From Epiperipatus broadwayi (taxonomy: Eukaryota > Animalia > Onychophora), in the NCBI GenBank assembly GCA_028023455.1, contig JAQFVV010000007.1, positions 9,796,001-9,860,000 of the forward strand: DNA of 64,000 nt, written 5' to 3'. The stretch's first letter is position 1; each line of letters begins with the position of its first letter. The position numbers were made by a program, and so were the translations under genes. Below are positions 13,012 through 26,059 of the stretch, piece after piece. A model generated the notes under the pieces. The model had not been told where the DNA came from, searched no databases, and saw only the letters and a list, made by a program, of their open reading frames with translations.

Positions 13012-15803
13012 CTAAGAGAAACCACAAATTAATTAATTATTATATGGAAGAAACTTTAATCTTCAGGAAATTTAAAATTATTCATTTTTTATACATTACA
13101 TGTGACTTTTCCTTTATAAAAGAAATAGAGACCAAGATTTGATAAAAATGCTCTTCCACTGAAGTGATTTTTTTCATGACTTATTTGTTGAAAATGGTTT
13201 TCCACTAAAGATCCTTGATCTCTGAATTTTCTAGATTGATGAATGATGAAATAATCTAACAGCATGTCCACCCTTTCAGCATTTGGGTGGAAGCCTTGAT
13301 GCAAATATCTGACTATTGCAGTTGCCCTTTTACATATAACAAAATAATATATAATTGTTATTAATAGAACCTTATTTAGTTATTATACTGGTCTTCAGTC
13401 AAAAGCCTTGATATTGCTTATATAGGATGATATAAAAGTTATGAAAAACTTAACTCATTCATGAAATTAGAACCATATACTGATATAACTAGAAAGATGA
13501 AATAGAAAAAAATCTAATTTGTAAATACTGAGAAATGATGTTATTTATATATCTATAATGAAATAGGTTTAGAGATTGTAAAATCATGAGTGTGAATTTA
13601 ATGAAACATCAATGCACTGTTTAACAGAAAAAGCTACTATCAAAAGCAACAAGATATTTAATATGGCATATGAAAAATAAATAAATATAAAGATGCAAAA
13701 AAAATCAACAATTGCTTACTATTAGTATTATACGAAATGTGACTGTAAACAAAATCATTAGCTAAAAATATTCATTTTGAAGAAAGAATATTTTCTAAAT
13801 ATATGCAGACTCAAAAGTTATTACTCTAGAACAAGGCTATAAAACTTACTTCAGGACCATGGGCCATTTTTCTAACAACTTGAATTTATATTGCATGCAT
13901 GATATGTATTTATATTTTACTCTTCTGTTTTTCAAATTTCAGTTTGTTTGTTTTTTAATATTTATTTAAAAAAAAATCATATTAATAATATTGAAATATA
14001 AAATCAATTTGTTTTGTTCTATTATAAGAAAGGATAATTAAATTAGAGAAAAAAATATAATTAATAAACAAAAGAAAGTTTACAGAAGTAATTCAATTCC
14101 TATCTTTCTTCAAATTCTCTCCTCTCTTCATCCATCTTTTTTCTTTTGTTGTTGATTTTAAAAGCAACATTTTCTGGATAAAAATTGTACTGACTACAAA
14201 ATTTATATGAATTTACATAAGTGTTTAATAACTAAACTTCGATTATTTAATTTTTGACACAATATTTTCTATATCGAACAACAAAAAAGTGGATCATAAT
14301 CAATGCAATGGGAATGAATGCATGAATACATAAATGCACTGGCAGAAAAAATAAAGGTATTTTAATGCTGTATTTATATTAGTATTAGTTGGAATCACCA
14401 TATCTATTGAAAACTGAGTCAAAATGTTTATTTTCTGTGTAACTGCATTATTAATGAGACAATATTTCAGTACATACAAAGTAAATCTCTCAAATACATT
14501 TTTATACTATTAGTCATTCTAGGCTGCAAAAATGAACATTAGTTGTCCATGTGCTGCCAATATGACACCACTCCTTTAGAAGAAAACTAAGAAATTTCAA
14601 TAATTATAATTATTAAAGCTGTGAATAACAAGAGATGTCTGGTTATTATCTTAATTTACAGAATTAAAAAAGTATTTAAAATGATATTTTTTGAACAAAA
14701 AAAGTAAGAAGACAAAATTATTATTATTCAATATGTCAAGTGGACAATTAGATAAAAATAAAATAATAAGATAAATCCAAATAGATAATAATCTTATTTT
14801 GCTGAATTCTTGATCACACAAAATAGTAATTGTGTAAATGAGACATAGACAATTGTTTTAATTTAAAAAACCAAAAAATGTTTTTAAATTAAGTTATTCC
14901 AACTACTGGTCTTTTCGATAAATATACAATGGCAGAAGTGAGAGCAGGAATGCTGATGCATTTGAACTGGATGATGAAGAAAGTTGTTTTACATATATAG
15001 AAATGATAAAACTAATGATAATATTAAAAAGAAATCAAGTCATATGTCACATGACTTAATTTAACAAGCTTGTATTACAAATGTTATATATAGAGCTCAC
15101 AAATAAGCTAATGATAATAACAGTAATTCTCACTATTCAATAAAAACAAAGTCTGTAAAAAAAACAATTATGTATTTGGGCTTATAATGTGAATAGATGC
15201 ACTCATGAAAGAAATGTTGGGAAATGTAAATAGGAAAAAAGAGCATACAAAGTCAAATTTATGGCTACAGAAAAGAATGACTTGAAAAGCATTTACTTAT
15301 AGTCATCAAGAGGCAACCATGACTGGATGAAAGTTAAACACACTCATTTATCTTCAAATATATTGCAATTACTACTGTTTAACATATTTTTCACTATCTA
15401 CAAAATAATCCTACGAAATGTTCATATTTTGCTGATACTTATTCCTTAAATCCCCCCTCCCCCCATTTTTTATTTATTTTGGGCCTAAAATTAGTTTATA
15501 TTTCATCAATTTGTCTTCTTGGAATCTTGTTGCTTTACAAATATGACTGTATTAGTGGTAAATTTATTCAATTGATTATTTAGACATTTTCTAAATATCT
15601 AAAGTAACAAAAGAGAATGCTGATTTGCATTTCTAAATTCAATCTTCTTTTAATTAACCAGTTTTTGCAGTATACAAACTATCTAAATATTTTATTTTTA
15701 AAACAGTCTTTATCTAAGAAATTAACATGTATTGCTTCTATTTGTAAATCTACATATGATACTCTTCTCCCCTTCTCCATTTTGAAACGGAATTTTATTA
15801 CTT

Positions 15804-17993
15804 GTTAATGCAAAACTAGAGAGACAAAAAATTATTAAGAAAGACAATATTTACAGTTGATATTCTTAATCTTCAGAAATATTCTAATGAATTTAAATTA
15901 GAACTTACAAATTGGTTTCAAGTATTAGTAGTAGATTTTGAACATGATTCAGATTTGAATGAAACTAACATCAAAATAACTGATACACTTTTAAAAACTG
16001 CAACAAAGATAGCTGGTAGAAAAAAGCAGCAATTGACCAATAAAATTTGTACTGAGACTAGAGAATTTATGAAGAAAAAAAGGAATATAAAGATATACAA
16101 AAATGATGCATTAAAAAAGACTGAATATTTCGAATTTTACAAAATGGTGTGGAAAAGTGTTGAAAATGATATAAGAAAGTATAACTGTGAACTAGCAAGA
16201 AAAGTTGTAGAAGAGAATAAAAGTCTCAAGAGTGTAAAACAACATTTTGATATTGGCAGAAAATTTATATCTGCAATAAGAAAAAAAGATGGAATTATTA
16301 CTAAAAAAGAGTTGACATCATGAAATGGGTAGAAGACTTTTATCAAGACTTACATAGTAATAAAGAACAAGTACCTCCTATGTCTTCCAAATCCCCAGAA
16401 TTTTAAATGAAGAAGTGAGACATGCAATTAAATTTGTGAAGAAGGGGAAAGTTTCAGGTAATGGTGGAATTATAATTGATATCTTATAAAAAAAGCAGTG
16501 GAAGAAATAATTTTTTTTTTTGGCAAAGTTGTATTCAAATGTCTATAAAGATGTACCAAATGATGTGAAGAATGCAGAATTAATATATAAAAAATGTGAT
16601 AAAGAAGATATTAGAAATTACAGACTTATCAGTTTTAGACAAAATTTTTAACAAAATAATCACAACTTGTCTACAGCAAATTTTGGATTTTAATCAACAA
16701 AAAGAACAAGCTGGATTTAAAAGTGGTTTTAGAACAGTGGATCACATCCAAGGATTGAGAGAAACTATAGAAAGATCCAATGAATATGAGTTGCCATTAT
16801 GCTTTGGATTTGTAGATTATGAAAAGGTATTTGATTTAATAAGCATTGTTTCAGTGATTAAAGCATTAGATCATCAAGGTACAGACCCAGGATATTGTCA
16901 TATTCTGAAGAATATTTATAAAAATACAACAGCAACAATTAGATTATATTATGATATTAGGAAAGTCAAGGGTGATGCTATATCTCCAAAACTTTTTACA
17001 GCAGTGATGCGAGAAGTATTTCGTGAATTAAAATGGGAAGCTAAAGAAGTAAAAATAAATGAAGATTATTTAAGTCATTTAGATTTTGCAGATGATGTAG
17101 TTGTTTTTCCAAATAATGCTTTAGAGCTGCAGGAAATGTTGCAGGAATTATCAGATGAAAGTAGGACTAAAGATAAATGTTAAAAAGACTAAAGTAATGT
17201 TTAATGGATTTTCACAAAATATGAAAATAAAGATTGATTATAATGAATTAGAAGAAGTTAAGAGCTACAAATACCTTGGTCAGATTATTAATACAAATGG
17301 AAACATAATGGATGAAAATAATTATAGAATTAAACTTGGTTGGAGTGCTTTTGGTAGAAATAACTTGATACTAAAAGAAAATATGCCTATGTGTTTGAAA
17401 AAGAAGGTAAATGTGTTTTCCCAGTTCTTACTTATGGATCTGAGACTTGGAAACATAATGGATGAAATTAATTATAGAATTAAACTTGGTTGGAATGCTT
17501 TTGGTAGAAATAACTTGATACTAAAAAAAAATATGCCTATGTGTTTGAAAAGGAAGGTTTTTAACAAACGTGTTTTACCAGTTCTTACTTATGGATCTGA
17601 GACTTGGAAACTTAATAGAAGAGCAATACAGCAACTTCAGACCACTCAAAGAAATATGGAGAGATGCATGTTGGGAGTAACAAGAAGAGATTGAAAATGC
17701 AATATATGGGTAAGAGAATAAACAGGTGCTACTGATCTCATTGAAAAAATTAAGACTGAATTGGAGTTGGGCTGTACATATTGCTAGAAGAAATGATAAT
17801 AGATGGACAATTGCAATCTTAAACTGGATTCCAAGAGATTGTAAAAGACCCAGAAAGAGACCACATGTGAAATGAATGGATGAAATAAGAAAGTGTGCAG
17901 TGATGATGTGGAGAAGAAAAGCTAAAGATCAGAGATGGATTGAATTTGAAGAGACCATCCTGCAGTGGATTGATAATGGTTGATGATTATGAT
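15804..17993 (+). mobile_element. RTE LINE copy 2, 5'-truncated, with an internal tandem duplication
   Basis: Colinear with copy 1 from about position 844 to the GATGATTATGAT tail. Multiple frameshifts. About 150 bp is duplicated at 17298-17611. Confidence 0.95.
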
Positions 17994-18016
17994 CTAACAT
18001 TACTTCCTCCAACTAC

Positions 18017-18064
18017 TCAAGCTTTTGAAAATCTTTAGGTTCACAAAGTGAAATGTATCTTTTA
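18017..18064 (-). CDS. Candidate host exon (SKRYISLCEPKDFQKL)
   Basis: Acceptor TTGAATGCTTTCAG, weak donor GA|GTAGTT. In phase with exon 18148-18182 across an 83-nt GT-AG intron. Confidence 0.3.
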
Positions 18065-18147
18065 CTGAAAGCATTCAAAAAGTAAATGCAATTACCCAGG
18101 ATAATTTAGTACAGTTGTAGAATTTTAGCTCTGAAGATCATATTTAC

Positions 18148-18182
18148 CTGTCATTTCCAGTGTTCAACCTTTGTATAAATTC
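18148..18182 (-). CDS. Candidate host exon (EFIQRLNTGND)
   Basis: Acceptor TTTGTTACTCAG, donor CAG|GTAAAT. Open in phase 0. Confidence 0.3.
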
Positions 18183-19618
18183 CTGAGTAACAAACCGTTT
18201 TATTATTAATAAATGCAATTAAATTAAATTTGTCTATAAATCACAAATAGTACAAAAACTTTTTCTTCAATGAAATTTAAACTTTTGTAGGAAAATTTAC
18301 ACTAGAATTCCATTTAAACTCAATTATAATAGAGCTCAAATTCGTTTCTTCTAAGAATACATTTTGGTAAAATATCTCAGTTCATTCAAAATAGAGCAAT
18401 TTGACTAGTCAATGATTTATCTTCTTTTCAATCTTTACATCATATAGTGCTGTGCCCTTCCAAAGATACTAATGGTTGTTCTGAATTTGCTTCAATGATC
18501 ATCATTGCTCTTAATGATTTTATTCTATTTCCCTTGCTCTTTGCCATCATTTTGCACTTTATATTCTCATTTCCGCTGCTTCTTTGCATAAAAAATGTTG
18601 TATCTAACATCCCTTCTTCACTGGATCTTTCACATCCAATAAATATTTTATTTCTTCTGTGTCAGCTAATATATATATTATTGTTAGCTTTTTTTTTTTT
18701 TTTTGCACTTAATATTCTTTGAATAATATCTTTATTCTTCATTGAGTTGCTCAGTAAAAAGAAAGCTTCACTATTACTATTTCCTGTTCAACTGCTTAAA
18801 CTTTTCAAAGTGATGGAACAATACTTTAAGTGATTAGTTAAAAGTAATAATACTCTCTTCACATTATTTTTAAATAAGATTGTGTGCGTGTGTGTGTCAG
18901 TATGGAATGGAAATATATTTAGCAATTTTCTGAGTGAGGTAATGCATATTTTTACAAATGTAAAAACAATATGTGCGGAGGAGTAAATACGTATTTATGT
19001 GGGTGTTCATAATGTGTTTATACAGACGCGATATAAACAGTTTTTTTTTAATACAAATATTCAGTGACTTAAACTATCTAAATAAGATGTATTATGATCA
19101 AATAATAAAAAGATTTTAGCCAAAGATTTTTTCATCTTAATCTAGTTTTTTCTTCTTCTTATATATACACATTCTATAATATGTGGATGTACTTGGGTTG
19201 TAAAGCCATTGCAAAATTCATTTCTAGAATAGTTTTTTTTTACTTCACTCCTCTTTTTCTTGGAATTAGAATGGCTACATTCATTTATAAGTGGCTGCGT
19301 ATTATTATTTTAAGCTCTTTAAGTCATAACTATAAATATTGACATAATTAGAAGTATAGAAAGCAAATATATAGAAACAATTTTCAGTTTCTCTTAAGTT
19401 TTGTTCCAAATACCCAGTCAGTTCAGTGAGAATAAGAGCGATGAAAAAATAAATGAAGGGTTTATTGCTTGGCAGTAAGTAAAAAGTTTGGGCCTTGGAA
19501 ATGTCAGAGCTCGGTTGTAGTCCAGGGATCCCAAGTTCCAGAATTTACCAATCTATTACTGTACAAAGCACACAGGGCTGAAATGACTAAAAAAAATAAT
19601 GGAAAAATTAAGAAGTTT

Positions 19619-19717
19619 GTCAAGCATTGTTGGCCTAGTGGTTAGCATAGTTCTTTCCAAGCAGGTGGCCCGGGTTCGCTTCCTGGTCAAAGCATTTGAC
19701 ATATGGGGAAAAAATGA
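19619..19717 (+). mobile_element. tRNA-Gly-derived short retroposon (SINE-like), copy 1
   Basis: 19624-19694 closely resembles eukaryotic tRNA-Gly(TCC): A box TGGCCTAGTGG, anticodon loop TT TCC AA, B box GGTTCGCTTCC. It has a GTCAA leader and TTTGACATATG trailer. A 9-bp direct repeat AAGAAGTTT lies at 19610-19618 and 19718-19726. Confidence 0.8.
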
Positions 19718-21350
19718 AAGAAGTTTTGAAAGCAGAAAAACATCTGATGAATTGTCTGGCCATTTCCATTTAAATAACAGAATCTTTGCTGTGAATTTGC
19801 TTATGTAATACAATTAATGCACATTTCTTATAAACTTAAAAATATCTTTCAATACAGCTGGATACAGCTGCCCACTGGTATCTGTGGCATTTGGTTTCAG
19901 CTTTCAGAGAGATACATATATTCATACCGAAGCCTACATAATACACATTTCTAATTATACATATAAATACTTTACAATTCTAGATATTTTTAATGCTATA
20001 TTTATTCAAATGTGTGATTGCTAATATCTTAGGATCATTTGTGTACTTAATGAAAAATATTTTTTTTGAAATAAGCCAGTTAAAAAATTAACTTTATATG
20101 AAATACATACTTATGGTACAATTTAATATATAAGAATTGTACATATTCAATTGCCAACAAAGAATAATTAATTCAAAAATAGAATAATTGGTTATGGAAA
20201 AGTGGATACAATAATAATTGAAGGATACATATATATATAAACATGAGAGTCAAAAGTAGATGATACAGTTTAATTTAAAAATTATGCATATTAAGTTACC
20301 AACAAAAATAATTAATATACACATAGTTATTGGTATAATATTAAATTGAGAAAGAAGTCACAACAATAGTCAAATCTAGATGAGTGAATATGAATGTGAA
20401 CATACATTTTTTCTCTGAATAAAAAAAAAAAACAACTTTCATTTTATCATATAAAAGTCACTTCGTGGCTTTATTTAGGTTTGGTAAAATTCTATTATCA
20501 TTATCTTTGCATTTTGGGACCAATTTAAGCAAAATGTTTATTAATACTTCACAGTAGTAGTATGGTAAGTGTAAAGTAAGATTGCTTTCAGTGCAATGAT
20601 ATGTATACAAAATAAAATGACTATGATCATTCATAATAATGTCCTACAAATGTGGCTCTGCAAAATTTACATATTCAAATACATTTTTGTTTTTTAATTC
20701 CTTTTTTTAAAAGTATGGATTACTGAAATCATAAGTTGAACCTACCAATGTTGGTTAAGAATTATACAAATAAGTAACACGTGATCAAAGTAACTTGACC
20801 AAGTATCAAGTACTTGAAATGAAAATAATCTTATGGAAGAAGTTAGATTAAAAGTGATACAGAGAACTGGTGAAACATAAAAAAAACAATGATGTTTAGA
20901 GCTTCAAAGGTTTAGGGAAAAAATAAATGCTATTTGTAAGTTCACACACATAGTAATAACTATGAACATAAATTAAAATACAATTATTTACTTCAACTTA
21001 TTCTAAAATCAAATATATAAATTTAGATTTTCTTTTTCTTGAATAGAAATAGAGTAGTGTTTCCTTTAAATTTATATAAATAGAATCAATTACTTTTAAA
21101 CAATAGTGATTTTAAAGTTTTAGGATTTAAATTACCAGCTATTCCTTATCCTGAAATTATTAATCAAATATTTAATAGCTTCTTGCATAACAGTTAGTCT
21201 AGTGCATATATATATATAAACCTGTCACTTTTTCTTTTCTATAAATTATATTTACAGAATTGAAAGAATGTTGTAATCATGAGAGTGAATTAATAAATCT
21301 CAACAAAAATTATTACACTGTGTATTTAAACTTTCTGTAGTCATAAAGAG

Positions 21351-22078
21351 CACATTTCTCAACCTTTTTGCCACATGACCCAATAGACTTCATTGAAATA
21401 GTTCTGAGACCCAAATGTTTATTATATAAATTATAATATAAAATAAAATATATTACATTATCACGGTACTATATATATATGTGTGTATATTGGATCAATT
21501 TGATATTTATAATGAACAAATAATTTGTAAGTTAAAAGTTGAGTTAAAGTTAAACTACATATTTTTAATTTAAAAGCAGTGTTTACTTTTCAAATAAGAT
21601 TTTATTTATATACGAAATACAAGCAAAAATTACAAAAATAAATTATACAGAATTTTATTTAAGTTATATATGAAAAATTTAAAAAATAGTGTACTTTGAT
21701 GCTTTGGCTGCATTAATTTTAGTTGCAATTTTTTTTAATATGTCAAAGTCTTGGCCAGGAAACGAAGCGGGAGAACTGCTTGTAACGCAGCTATGCTAAC
21801 CACTCGGCCACCAACGCTTGACTTTTACATTTTGAAAATAATCACGAAATTTAACATTATGATTATTTAAGTTCAAATTTACAATTGAATTTGAGAAAAC
21901 TACACAAAGCATAGGTAGTATTACTTACTGATTTTTTTTTATTAGTAGTACTAATATTTTCTTAAAATGTAAAGATTTTTGCTATCAGATATTTATGGTT
22001 TTATTTCTTGGTACATATTCGCTGACCCATTACAAATTTAAAGTGAGCCAATAGCTGAGCAAAATAAGATAATTAATG
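21351..22078 (-). mobile_element. Non-autonomous hAT (Charlie/Buster-type) element, decayed; hosts a nested tRNA-derived retroposon
   Basis: Both ends match the element at 48259-48588 in reverse orientation (CATTTGGGTC(G/T)CAGAACTATTTCAATGAAGTC and AATGGGTC..ATATG(C/T)ACCAAGAAAT). The terminus resembles CAGTGTTTCTCAAC. Right boundary approximate. Confidence 0.7.
21729..21822 (-). mobile_element. tRNA-Gly-derived short retroposon, copy 2
   Basis: Minus strand GTCAAGCGTTGGTGGCCGAGTGGTTAGCATAGCTGC GT TAC AA GCAGT...CCTGGCCAAGACTTTGACAT. Same leader and trailer as copy 1. No clear TSD. Confidence 0.75.
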
Positions 22079-22520
22079 CTTCTAAACTAGAAATTACATA
22101 ATTATGACAAAATAAGGAATGATTTCAAAGTCAAATTAATGGCATAAAATTTTTTCAGAAAACACTAATATTGATTAAGATGTTTACAAAAATATTTTTC
22201 TCGCATGCTAATTTATTTATTTTTTAAAAAATTACCACCAATTAAAGACTGGTGCTTAAAAGTAAATGAAGGGCACATTGATTTATCTGCTACATTCTTG
22301 ACATGATGTTGAAATCCAGGTAAAGTAACATATAATAGCATTTTCAAATAAGCTTAAGTATTTCTTTGGGTGGGGGGGGGTGTAATTGTTTGATGGACAA
22401 TCAAGCCAACCATCCAACTTTTGATTAGAGGATAATATATAAAAGAAAAAAAAATCCTCCCGATTCCAGGGATTTGAATAAGTCCTCATTCTAATAATAG
22501 GCTATTTTATTTATACTTAC

Positions 22521-22565
22521 AGAAAATATTTGAGATAAATAGTAGAGTTCATTGGGGAGAGTTGC
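22521..22565 (-). CDS. Candidate 45-nt host exon (ATLPNELYYLSQIFS)
   Basis: Acceptor GGTACACATTAG, donor TCT|GTAAGT. Phase 0-0, compatible with 18182. Confidence 0.3.
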
Positions 22566-24199
22566 CTAATGTGTACCAGTTGCATAAATCAATTATGATT
22601 TTGATTGTATTTATTAGCTGATATTATTTGAATAATAAAACTTTGCAGTATATTACTAAATTTTTTTAACACTAGCTTCAATATATTATTTATTTACACC
22701 AGTTTTATGAATATTTTGAAATAATTTTAGAGGTTTATGCTGCCTTTTTCTAAGTTTCTTAAATCATACCACTATAAAGTTTCTAAAATTGAACTGGAGA
22801 CCATATTAGAATTTTATGTAGTAAAAAAAAATTATTTTTTTTTATTATAAAAATCATTCTATTTTTCAAACTATGGAAAAAAGAAAATATGGATGTTGAC
22901 TCAAGAGGGTATAGAAAAGGCAATAGAAGCATAGCAGAATAAAAACTACAGATTCAGTTACTATTATAGATGATTTAAGATACCGAAATTAATGTTTAAA
23001 AGACATCTTGAAGAACAAAGTGAGAGCTAAACATCCCCTCCCCCCCCACAAAAATGTTTAACAAGCGGACAATTCCCATAAGTATGATTTTGGAAATAGA
23101 TTAGTATCATTTAGAAAATAGATTCCCTAAATAGTATTAATTACAAAGTTTTAAAAAATGATTTGAAGCATATTTTGTAAAGAAAAAAATATTAAATATG
23201 CAGATAAGAAATGTATAAGATATCTATCTACCGATACAAACATTAATTATCACTCAAAAACATATTAATTATCAAAAAAAAAAATTAAGATTTCGGCAAT
23301 TCTCCCTCAATATCAGTCTGTGAAGAAAAAAAAAACTATAATAACTCCATCACTGAAATGTAATGAAATAAAGGTAATACTAATATTGCTTCATACACAG
23401 AGAAAACATTAAATACAAACAACACATTTTGGTTGCCTTTGACAAGAATTATTAGTACAAAAATGCATTAATATTACATTTAAAGTTTTCAGTATAACAA
23501 AGCAATAATATCAGTTTAGAGAATTAGTATGTATATTAATCAGGCTTTAGATTTGTCCTATTTATTTTGGCACAAATAATGTCCTTGATTTCCTTGATTT
23601 CTACTTTCAATAAACATCAATATTTTTCCCAGTGTGTTCATCTAAAATGATATTTATGTTTTAGTATTTTACTTTCTAACAGGTCCTTTCTAATGTCCAG
23701 GGAAATCTAAACAGTCTTATCCAATATCACAATTCAAAAACATAGTGCTTTTACATAAAATTCAATTCTATGACCATGCATTAATAAAAAAGACACAACA
23801 AAATTCTTTGTTAAATTTTTTTGCTATAGCCCAGGGTTCAACAGCACAAGCCATTTTGTTTACCCCCCCCCCCTTCCCATTAAAGAACCACAAAGAAAGA
23901 GGTGAAAAATATGTTCATAAAAAATAAAAAATTTTGAATGGCTGTGGATGTATACATCCTAACTAAAGAAAAATTTTTCTTAAAAATAAATAAACAAAAA
24001 CAAAAAATCACTTTATCTGTTTGATTTATTCACAAATTTTTAATATTTAAATATACATCATATACAATAATTACTATTCCATAATAAGGCTGAAATCAAT
24101 AAACAACCATACACATTTTTCCTTTCCTAGAGTTATCTAAATATTTAATTTACAAATTACATGAAAAAATAAAAAAATGAGTTTGTTTATCATGATAAA

Positions 24200-24246
24200 A
24201 AGAGCCATGAGATTGGGTTCAAAGTGCCACAGTTTGCCGACCCCTG
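24200..24246 (+). mobile_element. 3' terminus of a hAT MITE
   Basis: Ends GCCACAGTTTGCCGACCCCTG followed by CTATAATC (NNNTANNN). The matching 5' end was not found. Confidence 0.55.
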
Positions 24247-24599
24247 CTATAATCCTATTGTGCAAATGTTAGAGACAAGAAAGATGAAAGCCATTACTTC
24301 CAGCTTTTATTTGATACTCTTGTTATTTTTCATTTTATTAGTAGTAGTAGATATAACATTTTTCTTTTCTGCAATTAAAAACAAATCTCTTACATGACTT
24401 TCACATTAAAATTAAATTTTCAAATCTTTACTTTCAAATGCAAATAGTGTCACCTACTCATATTTTCCCCTCGTATTAAAGATTATGCTAAATAGATGTA
24501 ATGGGAAAAAAATACTATCCTGATGAATATCCTTTTCATCATGAAACCAATCCGCTTTTTACATTTTCAGTGTTCAAAAATATTTCCATACTTTGGAAA

Positions 24600-25250
24600 G
24601 GTCAGTACAATCAAAAGTTTATGAACAATCAATAAAACAGAAGACTAATCTTTTCCAATAGTCTCTAATTATTTCTATCAAATTGTATGATGCAACTTTA
24701 CGATCTCAAGTACTTCTACCTTTTGTATGAGGTAATTTGTACATAACTGCCGTGTAACATTCAACATAAAGATCCATGCCCTTCTGAATTATTTGGACAA
24801 AAACTTGATTACATTTAAAATTACTGCAAAGTTTCTATAATTATTGATCCTTAAGATATTCTTTTATTTAAAAAGTGATACCATAATATAGATCAAACTC
24901 TTCTAACTTTAAGTCATTTCTGCAGACTTATCAGCAGAAAAATGTAATAAATATCATTTTGCTCTAGTTTTTTAAACAACTCATTCAAAATTTCATCTAT
25001 ATCTGGTGCTTTCTCATGATCACTCATTTATAGCCAATTTCATTTCATTTTCAATGATTAATAGGTGAAGTTTTTCAATATATTTTATTTATGACTTCCT
25101 TTAGACTTCTTAATAGAAGTTGCTATGAAGAGAAATAATTTCTTAATTTCTCATTTTCCTCAAGGCATACAATTTTTCCCATATAGCATCTTCTGACATT
25201 CCTAATTTAGATATTTTTTTTCATTGTTTCTTCTTATTTGATGTTAAAAC
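24600..25250 (-). mobile_element. Highly decayed non-LTR retrotransposon fragment (pre-RT region)
   Basis: Minus-strand reading with indels gives E-KAPDIDEILNELFKKL and a later NYRNF-like segment, matching the KAPGxDxIxNExxK / NYRPIS region of LINE ORF2. Confidence 0.5.
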
Positions 25251-26059
25251 ATGCATATTAAGTTTCTTTTATCTGCAATTTCAATCACTGTATGTGATGA
25301 CTAATACATTTTTATTGATTGCCAATTTTGGAGAGGAAAGCATATATATATAAAACCACATCATTAAACAAGATATCTGATGAATTATTTAATGGCTTAA
25401 GACAATCTAAAAAAAAAATAGTGCAAATTCTTTGTGTACTTATAAAACATATTTTTCTGAAACCAAAACAGAATTTGAAAATATTCATTAATTATTAGTT
25501 AAAAATAAAAATAACCATGGCCATAGCATCTATATATGTATGATACATTACACAAATGAGATAGCTATATCATATAATAACCTTTCTATATCTTCACTAT
25601 CAGACCAATGATACTCATCTAATAAATCTAGATTATCTTAGGAAGTTTATTCTCGAGCTAAGAAAGAAATGATCTAGTTGAGTTCCACAAGAGCATGCCA
25701 TTAAAAAATTTCATTTGAACTCCAGTTCATAAATCAGAAATGATTTAAACTCTACATTATGAGGCTCTTGAATTTCTAATTACTATACAGGTATTCTGGT
25801 ATGAAATCTTTTTAAAATTATTACAAGATATTGTTTTGTGTGTTTTAATGTTCACTTAACATCACAATTATCTTAAGTAAGTAAAGAAGTCATTTATTTG
25901 ATGGAAACTTTTTACATACTCATAAATGCAACTAAATATCAAAGTTATTTGTAATTTATAATTACCTGCTTTTAAATAAAGAATTTAACATATCTATATA
26001 TGTTTTAGTTATTATTGTTTTAATTTATAAAATTGAGAAACTTTTTTTAGTCTACTGTA

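Noticed and set aside
13089-13330. Minus-strand open frame ..YLHQGFHPNAERVDMLLDYF.. as a host exon or RT fragment
   Set aside because: Splice sites are weak and the motif similarity is insufficient to assign either way.
15797-18005. ATTACTT as TSD of RTE copy 2
   Set aside because: The downstream copy is offset by 5 nt from the tail, and a 7-mer of this composition is common in AT-rich DNA.
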